The translations under genes and the position numbers were made by a program. A stretch of 64,000 bases of DNA, taken from positions 1,426,001 to 1,490,000 of the forward strand of contig OX337228.1 of NCBI GenBank assembly GCA_946965045.2. Reading direction: 5' to 3'. This DNA is from Epithemia pelagica. Lineage: Eukaryota > Protista > Bacillariophyta. Shown here one piece after another: positions 20,856 to 32,778 of the stretch. The notes under the pieces are model-generated. The model saw nothing but the letters and a program-made list of their open reading frames with translations. It had not been told where the DNA came from and did not search any database. Within the stretch, counting starts at the first letter, position 1. Every line of letters begins with the position of its first letter.

Positions 20856-22124
20856 TTATTCTTCTTCATCATCATCAGAATATTCTTCGTCGTCATTCCA
20901 GTCGTGATCGTTTGCTTGTCCTTCTTCTTGTGCTTCTGTAGATTGTTGTTGTTCTTCTTGGTAGTTCTCCCTCACGTAGTTAAAATACGTGCGAATCTGA
21001 TTGCGATCCATGGTCTCTGTTCTGAAATTCAGCAGAAGAACAGAGCACCAAAGGATCAATTTGCGACGCATTTGACACGTTGGGAGTTTACTTACGACAC
21101 GACGAAAAACTTTCGTCAGACAACCGTTGCCCCACTCACTCGCCTGACGGAGGTGCGTCAGCGATCGTTCGTATTCCGACTTGTCCATCGTGTTTTCGTT
21201 GCCCTCCTTCAGTTTGACAAGCTTACCACTCATGTCTCCACTTGTCTTGAATGCCGAATCGCAAACAGCCAGATATGGGTCCGGCAACTTCTTGATATGG
21301 TCGTAAATGTTCCCCCAGTAACATGACTTGCTGTCATGAAAGTTACCAGGGGCATTTACGACACAATCAATCACTTTTCCCGAAGGTGACCAAACAAAAA
21401 TGCAGTTGCAATTCGTATCACCCGTCCATCCATTGTAATCTCGGTTTTGCTTCTTGGGATCAGGGTCGTTGAGGGTGACCAGCTTTAAACCATCCATCAT
21501 CGCAATGACGTAGCGGATGGCTTCGAAGGCTGCGGTCAGACTCGCTTGCTCCTGTAGATTGTCTTCCGACATGTCCCAAAATACACGAGCTTTCTCGTTA
21601 TTCACTAGGGCCTTGAGGATGCTTCCAAGGCCAAGATAGACACACTTTTCAAATTGGGTGGCAGTTGCACCAAACTGGCAGTGTAGGTTCTTGACTTCAC
21701 TGCGACATGTCAACCACTTCACCGCCATCACCAAAATATCGTAAGCATCAAATTGTCAGCGTTGAATGTCTTGCTCCCGCGGTACACCCTGTCGCGGATC
21801 AATACTCAACGATATGATTGATTGCTGCGTCAACTCAACCAATTCGTTGATCGCCTCCCTTGAGAAGGCGGTGAAGTGGAGGAATTCAAGGTCATCTCCA
21901 TGGTGACGGACGCGGTACCAAAAAGAGTCCTTGCTTTGTCCAACGACACGTCGTCGATAACGACCTTGTACCGCTCGGACAACCGTATCTGTATGTTGGG
22001 AAGCAGCAACAGCAGCAACAGCAGAAACTGAAGATGCTAAGCTGTCATGGTGATGGATGACAGCTGTAGCGATAGCAAGCAACGCCTTCTTCTTACGTTC
22101 AGCGAAAGATTCGGAAGTCGACAT
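20856..22124 (-). pseudogene. Harbinger/HARBI1-like DDE transposase with one in-frame TGA at 21756-21758
   Basis: Motifs MMDG, YNGW, NAPGNFHDS, VCDSAF, LRQASEWGNG; ORFs 21756-22124 and 20856-21734 share a frame (IQR*QFDAYDIL). Confidence 0.85.
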
Positions 22125-23102
22125 GCCGAAATTTGTGAGCCGTTGGATGGAGATTTTGGTTCCAAATCGTTTAGGATTCGTTTAGGACTTTCGATTGCTT
22201 CCAGAAGATGACCGATCGAAACTGGGCCTCTACTGTATGTCATAAACTTAATCCAACGCAAAACTTAGAAATAATTCCAAAAAGTAGAGCTTAAGTATAA
22301 GATCACGACTGCTACTGAATGTCTTAGACGCAAAATAATGACAAGCTGTGAATCACACGCCAGCATATTTTATACAATATACAAGGATGCTTATGTTAAT
22401 TAGTTTTTCGCGCCGTATCCCCCACAGACCCCCAGACACTTCTCTAAATAACAAAGAAGGTTGTGTAAATAATAATGTCACGGGGAAGGCATACGATTTA
22501 GAATATTCATGTCTGAATATTTATAACCATTTTGATTTCAGAATAAGTTTACGACGAAAGTTCATGAGCCGGGGCCTACCCCCGGACAAATTTCGTCTCA
22601 GATTTATCTCAAATCTAAAATGCTCAGGTTATGGGCTCAAATTTAAGAGCCGGTTGGGATTGAGATTTGGGGGTTACGACATACAGTAGAGTTCCACTCC
22701 TAAACAAGAGGCCTTTCAATCCTAAACAGGAGGCCAAATGCGTCTGAACGTCGTACGATTTGGAGCGATCTGATTGGCTAAGAATAGGATTTTTAGGATT
22801 TTAGGTCAAACCGTTTTCCTCCAATGTCCACCTTTCTCCCTCCGCGACCAACGTACCTCCCCCCACCGTGCACGCCGTTCTGGTTAAATGACACCACAGT
22901 TCCCCCCCACCCGTGCGCTGCCACGTAGTCAGTCTAGGTAGATTAACACTACTCTCTAGAAAGAAAAAAGATATACGAAAAAGATACCCTGCAACAGGCC
23001 CCATTTTTTGGTCGGGTTCTTGTTTTTCCAACGCAAAGAATTGAAATCGAAGTAGAGTCATCATTGAAGTATCACAATCATCATCATCATCAGTCCACCA
23101 TC

Positions 23103-25132
23103 ATGGCTCCGGCAACCAAACGTCGAAAGACGAGGAATTCGTCCTCGTCAGAACCAGCAGAGGAAGAGACCACTGCAATGGCAGCAGGGTCTTCTCCACC
23201 AGCGGCCAAACGAAGGAGTATCTTGGAGGAAAAGGATGCCTTGATTGTTAGTTTGCGAGAAGAAATTGCCACCTTGCGTGAAGATCAAGAAACGTATTAT
23301 TCCAGTAAGGATAGCACCTTGGAATGCGAAGATATTCCAGAGTACGTCATTGCTTGTCTGAACCGTTTTGTGCAATCGTGGCCTTGTCCATTGACTGGAT
23401 ATTCTCCTAATCATGTTTTGTATACGGCAGATTCGGTTTTCCAGCTTCGCATGCCAAGGAACGGATTGTTCAAAATCATGAGTTGGACAATCGTCCCCGG
23501 TTGAATACGAGCAGCTATGTCAATGTCGTTTCGGAACCCGAAGAACGAGATGTGGCACTCATGGGCATGGAAGTGAATTTGGCCGACGGAAGTGTCTATC
23601 CGGCGTCGGTTCAGTTACACGATCGAGTTGTCAATATGATTGCCTCCCTCTGGAATTGTCCCAAACCAACCACCACGGCGGCATCCTCGGGAGCCGATAC
23701 AACGTATCCACCCAATTACAGTGGTGCCGGGACGGTCGGATCGACCGAAGCTTGTTTGTTGGCTGGATTGGCCCACAAATTTCGGTGGCGCAAATGGTAT
23801 GGTAAAAAGCACGGCATGACACCGGCACAAGTCATGGGCGTGGTACCCAATATTGTGATTTCGTCGTGTTATCAAGCGGCGTGGGAAAAGCTCTTTCGAT
23901 ACTTTGATGTCACGCCTCGCTTTGTCTTTCCCAAATTGGCCAATCAAATGCGCATCGAGGCCGAGCAAATCAAAGCCTTGGTCGATGATCAAACCATGGC
24001 GGTGGTGGGCATTCTCGGCAATCACTACAATGGCGCGTACGATCCCATTTGGGATATGGACAAGGTTGTGTCCGAGATTAATGCCGAAAAGGGGTTGCAA
24101 GTGGGCATTCATGTAGACGCAGCGTCAGGAGGCTTTGTCGCTCCCTTTCAAGACAATGTTCCACCCTTTGACTTTCGACTGGACAATGTCTTGAGGTAAG
24201 ATTCGAAACCGTTCGTGTCCATTGGATTTCGTCGTTGTGCACACGACATGTTACTCACGAGTACGCTTTGCTCCTCTCTTACCTCTGGCTCTTTGTTTGT
24301 ACAGCATGTCTGCCAGTGGACACAAGTTTGGAGAATCCATTTGTGGCACAGGATGGCTCGTGTTTCGTCATCGCGAAGACTTGGCCGAACACATTTCGGT
24401 TCGCGTCACCTGTACGTACTACATACATGTGGTGTGAATGGTTCTCATGCGGCAAAAAACCTCATCAATGATCTTTGTTCATGATCACATCCATGCTCTT
24501 TCTTGTATTTCTTAGATTTGGGTGGTGTATCGGATAGCATCACATTGAACTTTTCACGTCCGGCTGCTGGTGCCTATGTTCAATTGTACAAGTTTTTGCG
24601 TTTGGGAAAATTCGGATACCGTCGCAAGGTTCAACGACAACTGGACGTTACTCGGCAATTCCGATCCATGGTCCAAGACTTGAAATGGTCCAATGGGGTA
24701 CCCATTTTTGAAATCTGCGATGGGTCCGGTAGTGCGAACGACAACGAACCAGCCTGTTGTCTCCCCGTGTTTGCGGCGCGTCTCAATCCCGCCCTGCGCA
24801 AGGAACGACACTTGCAGTTCAATGATCATTCCCTACAACATGCCATGGGAGAATTTCATTGGTATGTCGGCGCCTACTTTTTGTCGTTTGAAGATTTTTC
24901 CAACCATGGCAAGCTTGCTCCACTGTGCAGCGATGAACCCATGTCGGCATCCATGTTTCGCGTCGTTTTCAAATCCAATTTGACCCACGTAATGGCCAAA
25001 GATTTATACCGACGACTCAAGGAAGTCCTGGATCATTTCCGAAAAGAAGAAACCATGAATACGGTACGACGTGTCCTGATCCAAGCATACTCGGTTGCTC
25101 AAGCTCATCAAAACGAGCATACCTCCTGTTGA
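23103..25132 (+). CDS. GAD: Glutamate decarboxylase (PLP-dependent group II decarboxylase), 4 exons
   Basis: Spliced motifs ELDNRPRLNTSSYV, TVGSTEACLLAGLA, IHVDAASGGFVAPF, SMSASGHKFG (PLP Lys), YLGG..TLNFSRPA; inferred introns 23342-23430, 24196-24304, 24412-24515. Confidence 0.9.
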
Positions 25133-25299
25133 AGGAGGAAATGGACAGGAAATTGCATGAGATATCACACAGAAAGTCAAAACCATACTATATGAATAAT
25201 ACAAACGTTAAGCAACTTATTTCTAGGAGTAGGAGAATAGGTAGAATTATCCTGTTCCACACCGGAAAATCGCGGAACCGTCATTGAGCACAGAGGCGG

Positions 25300-27216
25300 C
25301 TATTCAAAAATCATCATATCTCGCAGATCATCATCATCATCATCATCATCACTACTTGCGGATTCATCTTGATCCATAGTTTCTTGAAGATAGGTGGAAC
25401 CCTCTTCCTGCGATGAGTTCATACCACCGGGACTCGTTCCCATTCCGTGCATCGGGTATCCTCGACTGTCCTCCTCCGTGTCGTCTGGATCACGACTGTC
25501 CGAGGCTTGGGAATTGGTTGTGTCTTGATGATTCCGATCGTTGTGATTCTTGTCGACAGGGTCCCCTCGTCTCCGTTGAACCCAAAAGGCCACAATCAGC
25601 AAGCCGGCACTTCCAAAGGCAACCATGACCACGGGTGAAATACCCGAAGGCTGGGAGGATTGGGCACGTAACACTGTATTGGGTGTTTCCTCTTCCTCCT
25701 GCAATGTATTGTCTTGATTAATGACGGGTGCCGACGACGTTGGCGAAACCGAATCGCCACCGCTCCACAAGGTGGGCGACGAGGAGGAGGAGGAGACTGT
25801 AGGTTCCAACGACGGAACCGGAGATTGGGAAGGACGTGGACGGATCGTAGGTCGTGTTGTAGGGAGTGGAATAGGGGCGGACGACGATGTGGTAGGCCAT
25901 TCGTCTGGGGTTGGTGTGAAAGGGGAGGGACTGGATGCGGGGGACAATGATACAGGTGAGGATGGTTCAATAGTGGTCGAGGATGGAAGTGGTGTAGCAA
26001 GAGTGGGTATTGTAGGATACTCTGGTGAAGTTGTCGAGACGGAGGGAGATGGCGGAGTCGATGAAGACAGAGTGGATGGAATTGGAGTGTTATTGACATT
26101 TGTGGGTGTCGTAATGGGCGACGGAGAACTCTCTGATCCATCGCTGGGACCAAGGGTCGATGGCGATGGCGCTTGTGTCGTGGAAACATCCTGCTCGTTC
26201 AAAGCAACTGGACTGGTGGTTGTTGGAAGCCTGGAAGGAGCAACCGGAAAATTGGTGAAAGACGGTGCCGATGGAGCAATAGTTGCACTCGATCCACCGT
26301 TGGGCCCTGGAGTACTTGTTGGAGAAGCCACTGGTTGCGGAGCAGTCGATGGAGTCCACGGCGGAAACGTGGTAGGAATTGTGGGGGTCGCCCCCCAAGG
26401 TGCCATGGTGGGGGGGCTCGCTACAGGGGTGAATGACCCATGTGGATACAAGGTCGGAGAGATTGGGGTGCTGTGAGGAGCTGTGGAAGAAGAGGGAGAC
26501 GAGACACTGGGTGAAGGAGTGTTGGGTAGACCATTATTTGTTCTGGACGGATTCCTGGAGGGAGTCGTAGAGAGTACAGGAGATGGGGACTGTGGTGAAG
26601 AAGGAACTGGGTTGCCAGTCGGAGCGGGAAACGAAATCGGCAAAGGACTGGGACTGTCCAACGACTGCTCTCCAAACGGTGCATCGGTTCCAACATTGCT
26701 GCTACTACTCGGACTGGGTGTGGTTGGAACAACTCTGGTAGACGATGGAGTCTGGGTGGGAGCATCCGACGACGGTCGTTCTCCAAAGGTGGGATAGGAC
26801 GTCCAAAGGACAGGGGACCAAGTCGGACCAGGACCATCCGATGGTGTGGTTGGTTTGTGCGTGGGTCGTTTGGTGGGCGACTTGGTAGTGGGTGATGGAG
26901 TCGGTTTGTGTCCCAAACTTGGTGGGTTGGTTTTCGGGTTCAATGATGGAGGAACCCCCCACGACGTTCTTGTTTTGCGATTCTGTTGCATTGCAGAATC
27001 GGCACCCAGAACAACCACGTGTCGGTCGTATTTGGTTCGTTTGTTCGAAACAGCCATAGAAGATGAGAGACCAGTTAGCCACACACTACTGAAACAAACG
27101 AGTCCCAGCATCCATGGGAGATCATGGTGAAGTGATCTTCTTCTCGTTCGTTGCATCATCGGTTTATTGGAAGAGGACTGCAAACTGCAATGAATGATGG
27201 GTGAGACACGGTCCAT
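25300..27216 (-). CDS. Pro/Ser/Thr-rich mucin-like single-pass membrane protein
   Basis: 638-aa ORF: N-terminal hydrophobic segment, ~450-aa PTS-rich region, C-terminal TM (VVMVAFGSAGLLIVAFWV) followed by basic residues and an acidic tail. Confidence 0.75.
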   Translation of the reverse strand: MDRVSPIIHCSLQSSSNKPMMQRTRRRSLHHDLPWMLGLVCFSSVWLTGLSSSMAVSNKRTKYDRHVVVLGADSAMQQNRKTRTSWGVPPSLNPKTNPPSLGHKPTPSPTTKSPTKRPTHKPTTPSDGPGPTWSPVLWTSYPTFGERPSSDAPTQTPSSTRVVPTTPSPSSSSNVGTDAPFGEQSLDSPSPLPISFPAPTGNPVPSSPQSPSPVLSTTPSRNPSRTNNGLPNTPSPSVSSPSSSTAPHSTPISPTLYPHGSFTPVASPPTMAPWGATPTIPTTFPPWTPSTAPQPVASPTSTPGPNGGSSATIAPSAPSFTNFPVAPSRLPTTTSPVALNEQDVSTTQAPSPSTLGPSDGSESSPSPITTPTNVNNTPIPSTLSSSTPPSPSVSTTSPEYPTIPTLATPLPSSTTIEPSSPVSLSPASSPSPFTPTPDEWPTTSSSAPIPLPTTRPTIRPRPSQSPVPSLEPTVSSSSSSPTLWSGGDSVSPTSSAPVINQDNTLQEEEETPNTVLRAQSSQPSGISPVVMVAFGSAGLLIVAFWVQRRRGDPVDKNHNDRNHQDTTNSQASDSRDPDDTEEDSRGYPMHGMGTSPGGMNSSQEEGSTYLQETMDQDESASSDDDDDDDDLRDMMIFE

Positions 27217-27794
27217 GGCATTCTCCTAGTAGGAAGCTCGGAGAGACGGAGTGGGTTGATGTTGTGGTTGTTGTAGCTCTGTTTTGCCTTGTCTCTTCCC
27301 AGGGACAACAGCACCAATCGAGGATTCTTCTGCTTTCCGATTTAAATAGGGCTGTCGATCATTCTTTCTCTCTCTTTACTGCTGTATGGAAACTTCTTGA
27401 AAATCCAGACTCCGTCCAAGTCGTCACGATCCACATACAACAAGTTGTGGTTTGAATAGCGGGGTGATGGATTCGGAACCGTTGCCCCTGTCACTGTCAT
27501 TAATATGGGTAGACCATGATGGAGGCAACCGTTGCCACAAATTCCAGCCTGGTATTAGCCCATAACAGTTATGGTGATGCGTGATTTCGCAGGGCCGCCT
27601 CCCTCGGGAGCCTGCTTGCGAGAGGCATCACGCAAGGCGACCAATCAGAGGTGCATACACGCGCACGGGGCCACAAAAGTCTTCGACTCAATGTCCAACA
27701 TATAAAAGCGATACATAAGCGACCGATAAATGACATTTTCCCCTTCAGGGATTCTTTCTGTGCTTCTCCGCATCTCTTCCATCCATGATGATGG

Positions 27795-29262
27795 ATGCAA
27801 CGGGAAGAGAGCTCGGCGACGACGACCGCGTCCTCATTCACCGCCAGTTTCAACTCGGCTGCTCCGACTCTGGTACAACAGCCCTGGGCTCCGGAACATC
27901 TCCATTACGACTACTTGGAGAATCACTTCTTTCATTGTATCAAACATGCCGACTCCTTTCTCTACGACAGAGTCGAATTCGACACCCGCTTGCGTCATCA
28001 TTCGGAAACACTTGGCGTTCCCTACGAGGTAAATTGGACCATGATAATCACCTTACCAGCACCTTCGAACCAACCTATTCTCATTCTCGTTTCATTTCGA
28101 AAAATTCGATGATACATAATCTGCTGTCCAAAATTGCTGGGCCCTAGTGCCTTGTATCGTTTCTCCGCAACTTGCACCTGCTACACGTAAAACGAACCTC
28201 GCCCAAAATTAAAGCCCGATTGCAATCCTATTATCTCAAGCAGTACATGGAATCAAATGTATCCGTCTTGGAGCTGGCCAAACAAGCCAAATACTCACCG
28301 TATCTGTTTGCGCGGTTTATTGTGGAAGCAGTGGCAAGGTTTCCAGCCGCCGCTTCCTCAACGAGCGCCAATAGCAAGAATGCAAAGCCGAAAAAGAAGA
28401 TTGGTGTGACCGATGCGATGCGCGATCCGAAACAGATACTGGTCTCTTTGGAACAAATTGCCCCCAACTATCATGCATCGGAAGAAGGATTTCAGCGACA
28501 ACGACAACAACAACAGGAAAATGATGATCCTACCTCGTCGGGAACAAGCCCCATGGCAGAATTTGGAACTCGACTGGCGTATGAAGTACATTGCTGCATG
28601 GAAGCTGATCCCATGTACGGTGTGAGTCACTTTGTATCATTTGATCTATTGAGAGAACCATGAAACTGATACATTTCTCTCTTATTTCAGCCCATGTTTG
28701 ATAAGCAACGTCATCTTGTTGGAGTCGAATACGAAGTGATTTTGGAATATCAGCTTCGTCGTCTGGGTAGGTGATACGCGGTAAAGATGCTCGCGACAAT
28801 GCAACCTATCTCACACAAGTCGCACTTCTTTCTGCAGGCATTGACTTCGAGACAGAGGAGGATCTACGTGAGGCCGGCACAGCCCGGACACCGGATATTC
28901 TCTTGAGTAGTCCCATTGCTATCTCTACATCATCCTCTTCTCCTGTCATGACGACGACAGAGTATGCGGAGAGTGACAGCTCCGCTCCATCTGATTGGAA
29001 AATCATTTGCTGGATTGATTCCAAAGCACTTTTTGGCGACGTGCACACACACAACACTTCCGTCCTGCCCCAAGCCGAATCATATGTTCATCGGTTTGGT
29101 CCAGGACTGATCCTGTATTGGTTTGGTCATGCTCCGTTGGATCGACTAGACGATGCTGGGGGAGACCTGCACATTCTTGGTTGGCAATTGCCAGAGACAA
29201 TGATGCTCGCTACCGGCAAAATGATATCAACTAGGAATAGCAATAAACCACGCCAAGACTAA
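27795..29262 (+). CDS. CDIN1: CDAN1-interacting nuclease 1 (C15orf41/TPD-domain) homolog, 4 exons
   Basis: YSPYLFARFIVE, DPMYGP, RTPDILL, CWIDSKALFGD, YVHRFGPGLILYWFG; inferred introns 28029-28147, 28622-28690, 28767-28837. Confidence 0.85.
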
Positions 29263-29468
29263 CATCTTTCGATGCTCGAGGTCGGTCAAGGAGTCCTGCT
29301 CTCTTAGGAGTATTATGCTTGTACCTACTAGGAGTAGTAGTAGGGGGCGGGTAGCTTGGATACGAATATGGGCGGTTGCTGGGAGATTCGACCGTCCGTC
29401 ATCCGTTCTTCGTCATTGTTGGCATTTTGCTTTCGTTCTTCGTTCCGTTACGATAACAAAAAACAACG

Positions 29469-30446
29469 ATGACAGGAGAGAATCCACCTTCACAGCAAGA
29501 AATGGATATTGCCTTATCCATGGCCACCATATTAGGGACTATGGTGGCTCTTTTGGCTGGGCTCGTGGTGATGCAGACCCCTAAACAGCAGCAGTCTTCC
29601 ACGTCAACCTCCACCGGTGGCAATGAGGGCACGTTTCTGCCGTACTTGACAACACAACCCTCAAAACGAGCCTATGAACTGTATGTGGCGGCCTACACGC
29701 CGGTGTGGATCTTCATTTTTGGTTTGGTTGTCGTATTCCAATGGTACGAATCATTTGATGCATGGTCGTATCTCCAACTCTGTGGTGGCTTGACATTGCC
29801 CCTGTTTCTCCAACCCATATTATTCCCTTCGGCTGGAACATCGTCGCCCGATGCAGGCCGTCCTCTCTGGGAACGTTACAGCTTCAAAGCGAATGTATGG
29901 ATCGCCGTATATTCCTTTATTGGGAATTATTGGTACACACATTACTTTTATTCCGTTCTTCGCGCTCGGTACACAATGCCGGCCCATCGATTGAACAATG
30001 TGCCCATTGCAATGTTCTTGGCGACCCACTTTTATTTCTCCACCTATCACTTTTTCTCCAATGCTCTTCTACGGAAAGTTGTTACATCGTACGAACCTGG
30101 GTTCCGGAGAACGGCCTTGTTTGTCGGCGTTGTCCTCGTCTTTTCCTATTTTACCGCCTTTATGGAAACATTGACAATTTCGTCCTATCCATACTACGAC
30201 TTTGAGGACCGATATATGGCGTACACAGTGGGAAGTGCCTTTTATGGCATTTACTTTTTGGTGAGCTTTCCAGGATTCCTCACTTTTGACGATGACATTG
30301 ACAGCAAGAACGCCACCACGGCAAAGAGAGTTTCCTTGTGGGATACCATTGTGTCGAGTTGTGGTCATGGCATGATCATTATGATTCTGCTTGATCTGGT
30401 TCGATTATACTTGGACATTCCACTTGTCGTTGGTGTCATGCCCTAG
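29469..30446 (+). CDS. CPI1: Cycloeucalenol cycloisomerase (sterol biosynthesis)
   Basis: Multi-TM 325 aa; AYTPVWI, FKANVWI..YSFIGNYWYTHYF..VL, LNNVP, TAFMET, GSAFYGIYFLVSFP. Confidence 0.9.
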   Translation: MTGENPPSQQEMDIALSMATILGTMVALLAGLVVMQTPKQQQSSTSTSTGGNEGTFLPYLTTQPSKRAYELYVAAYTPVWIFIFGLVVVFQWYESFDAWSYLQLCGGLTLPLFLQPILFPSAGTSSPDAGRPLWERYSFKANVWIAVYSFIGNYWYTHYFYSVLRARYTMPAHRLNNVPIAMFLATHFYFSTYHFFSNALLRKVVTSYEPGFRRTALFVGVVLVFSYFTAFMETLTISSYPYYDFEDRYMAYTVGSAFYGIYFLVSFPGFLTFDDDIDSKNATTAKRVSLWDTIVSSCGHGMIIMILLDLVRLYLDIPLVVGVMP

Positions 30447-30838
30447 TAACTCCACTATAATTTGTCCACGACAAAACAGACGTATCAACCAGGCTGTTAA
30501 TATCTTGTCTGATGTTCGACAAGAGAACGGCGAAGGGTGCTTCTAACATTCTCAATTTTACTGTGATTTCGTTTACTGCCCGATGGATCCGCTGCGGCTC
30601 ACAAGCAGCGACGGATATTGTCCTGGAAAGGTCATGCTGTTGAGGTGAAACGAAACCTTGTAAAAGCTAGAATAGATTAACAATAGCTAGAATAAGTTGA
30701 GCAATGGGCATTGAAGGGATTGATTTGTAAATCGATCAACGCGCAAGTCGTAGCATAAATGGTAGCTGCAATGTAAATGGTGGAACTGCACGGAGGAAGA
30801 AAGCCCGTCTTTTTCCTCAGGTTTCACGAGATCTTGTC

Positions 30839-31780
30839 CTATGCTGCATCTTGGAGGTTTGTTTGTCTGATTCGACGGCTACTGCTCTTGCTTCGTCGGC
30901 CCAAGCCCCGCCGACCAGGTTTGGGTTCTTGTTGTTGTTGTCCTCCTCCATTGTTTTTGGCGGGACCTCGAAACAGTTGGACCATGTAGAGTTTGCCATC
31001 GGATCCGCGCGCCGTTCCAACTCCAAATTCCCGAAATTGCTTGCCCAAAATATTCTTGGCGGCCGAGGAATTGGCGCTCACGGACTTGTTTCGTTGTGGT
31101 ACAGAGTCCTTGATGGAGGATGACAGTGCGGTGGTTGTCCCCATGGCTTGTTCATGCATCTCTTCCACACTGCTGCCACGTTGAATGTTTTCTCCCGCCT
31201 TGTCACTCAGGACCGTATCTTGCAAGTCGTTCAATGATTGGGCCGAATGAAAGAGTTCCTGGCGTTGTGCCATGTGTTGTGCGTGGAGCTGGCAGAGGGA
31301 ATCAAGCTGAACGTTGCGAACGAGACTGGATCGGCCACGCATGGCTCGTTCTTTGTTGACCAGTGTGTGGGCACTGCAGAACCCCAAACAGGCCCCCGGA
31401 AGTGTCAACATGTTTCGGCTCCCATTGTTGTTGTTGCTGCTGCCCGTACTGTGACTGCTACTTCCACTCCCCCGGCGGCTGGTGCTACTCATGCTGGTAC
31501 TGGTAGTGCTTGTAGTGGCGGGGCCATGAGTGCGGTGACCACCACCTCCAAGGTGGTGGTGATGGTGGCTGCTGGAGTTGTCCACATCCAAAGGCTTCTC
31601 CTTCATATCCTCCTCGTTCTTCTTTTTGTGAGTCGTCTGCTTGTCAGTGTCGAGTTTGGAGCTTTGGCGAAACAGGTTGAACTTCATGGACCGTAGCAAG
31701 CGTCGAGAACGGCTCCTTTCTTCCACGGCACCATCCATCTCGGTGGATTCTTTCTCGGTGGCTCTTCGTAAACTCTTCAT
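30839..31780 (-). CDS. CAP/SCP (PR-1/YkwD-like) domain protein with low-complexity N-terminus
   Basis: LVNKER..L..QLHAQHMA..LFHS, GENI, NILGKQFREFGVG..YMVQLF; no signal peptide evident. Confidence 0.85.
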   Translation of the reverse strand: MKSLRRATEKESTEMDGAVEERSRSRRLLRSMKFNLFRQSSKLDTDKQTTHKKKNEEDMKEKPLDVDNSSSHHHHHLGGGGHRTHGPATTSTTSTSMSSTSRRGSGSSSHSTGSSNNNNGSRNMLTLPGACLGFCSAHTLVNKERAMRGRSSLVRNVQLDSLCQLHAQHMAQRQELFHSAQSLNDLQDTVLSDKAGENIQRGSSVEEMHEQAMGTTTALSSSIKDSVPQRNKSVSANSSAAKNILGKQFREFGVGTARGSDGKLYMVQLFRGPAKNNGGGQQQQEPKPGRRGLGRRSKSSSRRIRQTNLQDAA

Positions 31781-32778
31781 CTTGAATGGCTTGGGTTGGA
31801 TCGGAAGATGAGGTCGAATCGAAACCAGTCAATGAAAATCAAGCTGATGCTTTATGGTGTCGATGGATATTGTGGAAAATGATTATTGAACAAGCACCCA
31901 GAACCACAACACCACCACACAACAAAGACAACAACCCACAATGTCGCGGTCTCACTCGTCTTCGCTCAATCTTTTAGAACAGTGTGTGCAATCTCTGGAC
32001 TTTTGGATCACCAGCGTGTCGTGTCGTTTGTGTACTTCCGAAAGCAACTGCTGTACGAAGCGTGAGAAGAGCGACATTTCACGATTTGTCCGCAGAAAAA
32101 GCCTCATCGGTTATGTTTGGATCCGTCTCGTATAAACTTTAAATTTGGAACATTTCTCATTCGCTGAGGTTTCACTGGAACCCTGCATGCGTTCAAGGAG
32201 ATCCCCCGGATGCTCCCCCTTTTTACAACCCAGCAGCAAGGACAAGACAAACTCTGTTTCACAGTATAAAAATAGAACCCCCTCCCACTGGAAATTTTTG
32301 GGTCGCTCGCCCAACACGTCATGCCGAAAATAATTTTCCCCCATGGTGATTTCATGGGCAACTCGCCTTGGCAATGTTCATGCAAATGGAAGAGAAGGTG
32401 ATGGAAATACGGAGCTACTACTATTCAAACATCCTTCCATTGGTAGTCTTGTTACCTTTACACCCATTCAAATTTCCCCGTCGAATGCTATGTGGCTGAT
32501 TTTCTGTAACGACAGCAAAAGATCTTTTGGGGATTGCGTGGGTCGTCGCTCGTTGTTTCCGTGCCGCGCTCGTATTGTAGATGCACGGACATTGAGACAA
32601 CAATTGGAGGAGTACATCATCGACGGGCACCAATCTTTTCCGCCTACCGTAATCTGGTATACGAGATGCTTCCGGATCCGGAGTGGAGTAAATTGTCTTG
32701 TGTGTGCCTAGTGCCTACACGAGTTGGAGGACGCTTCACGCAAAGCTACCTACTCAAACTGCAGCTATTGTATGGTGA

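Larger units (their letters stand above)
19819..22820. mobile_element. PIF/Harbinger-superfamily DNA transposon (~3.0 kb; Myb/SANT gene + DDE transposase, convergent)
   Basis: 29-bp TIRs aggaaaacggtttgacctaaa(t/a)tcctaaa at 19819-19847 and 22792-22820; repeated subterminal TCCTAAA/TTTAGGA; two-ORF layout typical of Harbinger; no TWA TSD found. Confidence 0.85.

Noticed and set aside
25596-26837. Multiple overlapping 100-250-aa ORFs
   Set aside because: Alternative and antisense frames of the PTS-rich gene
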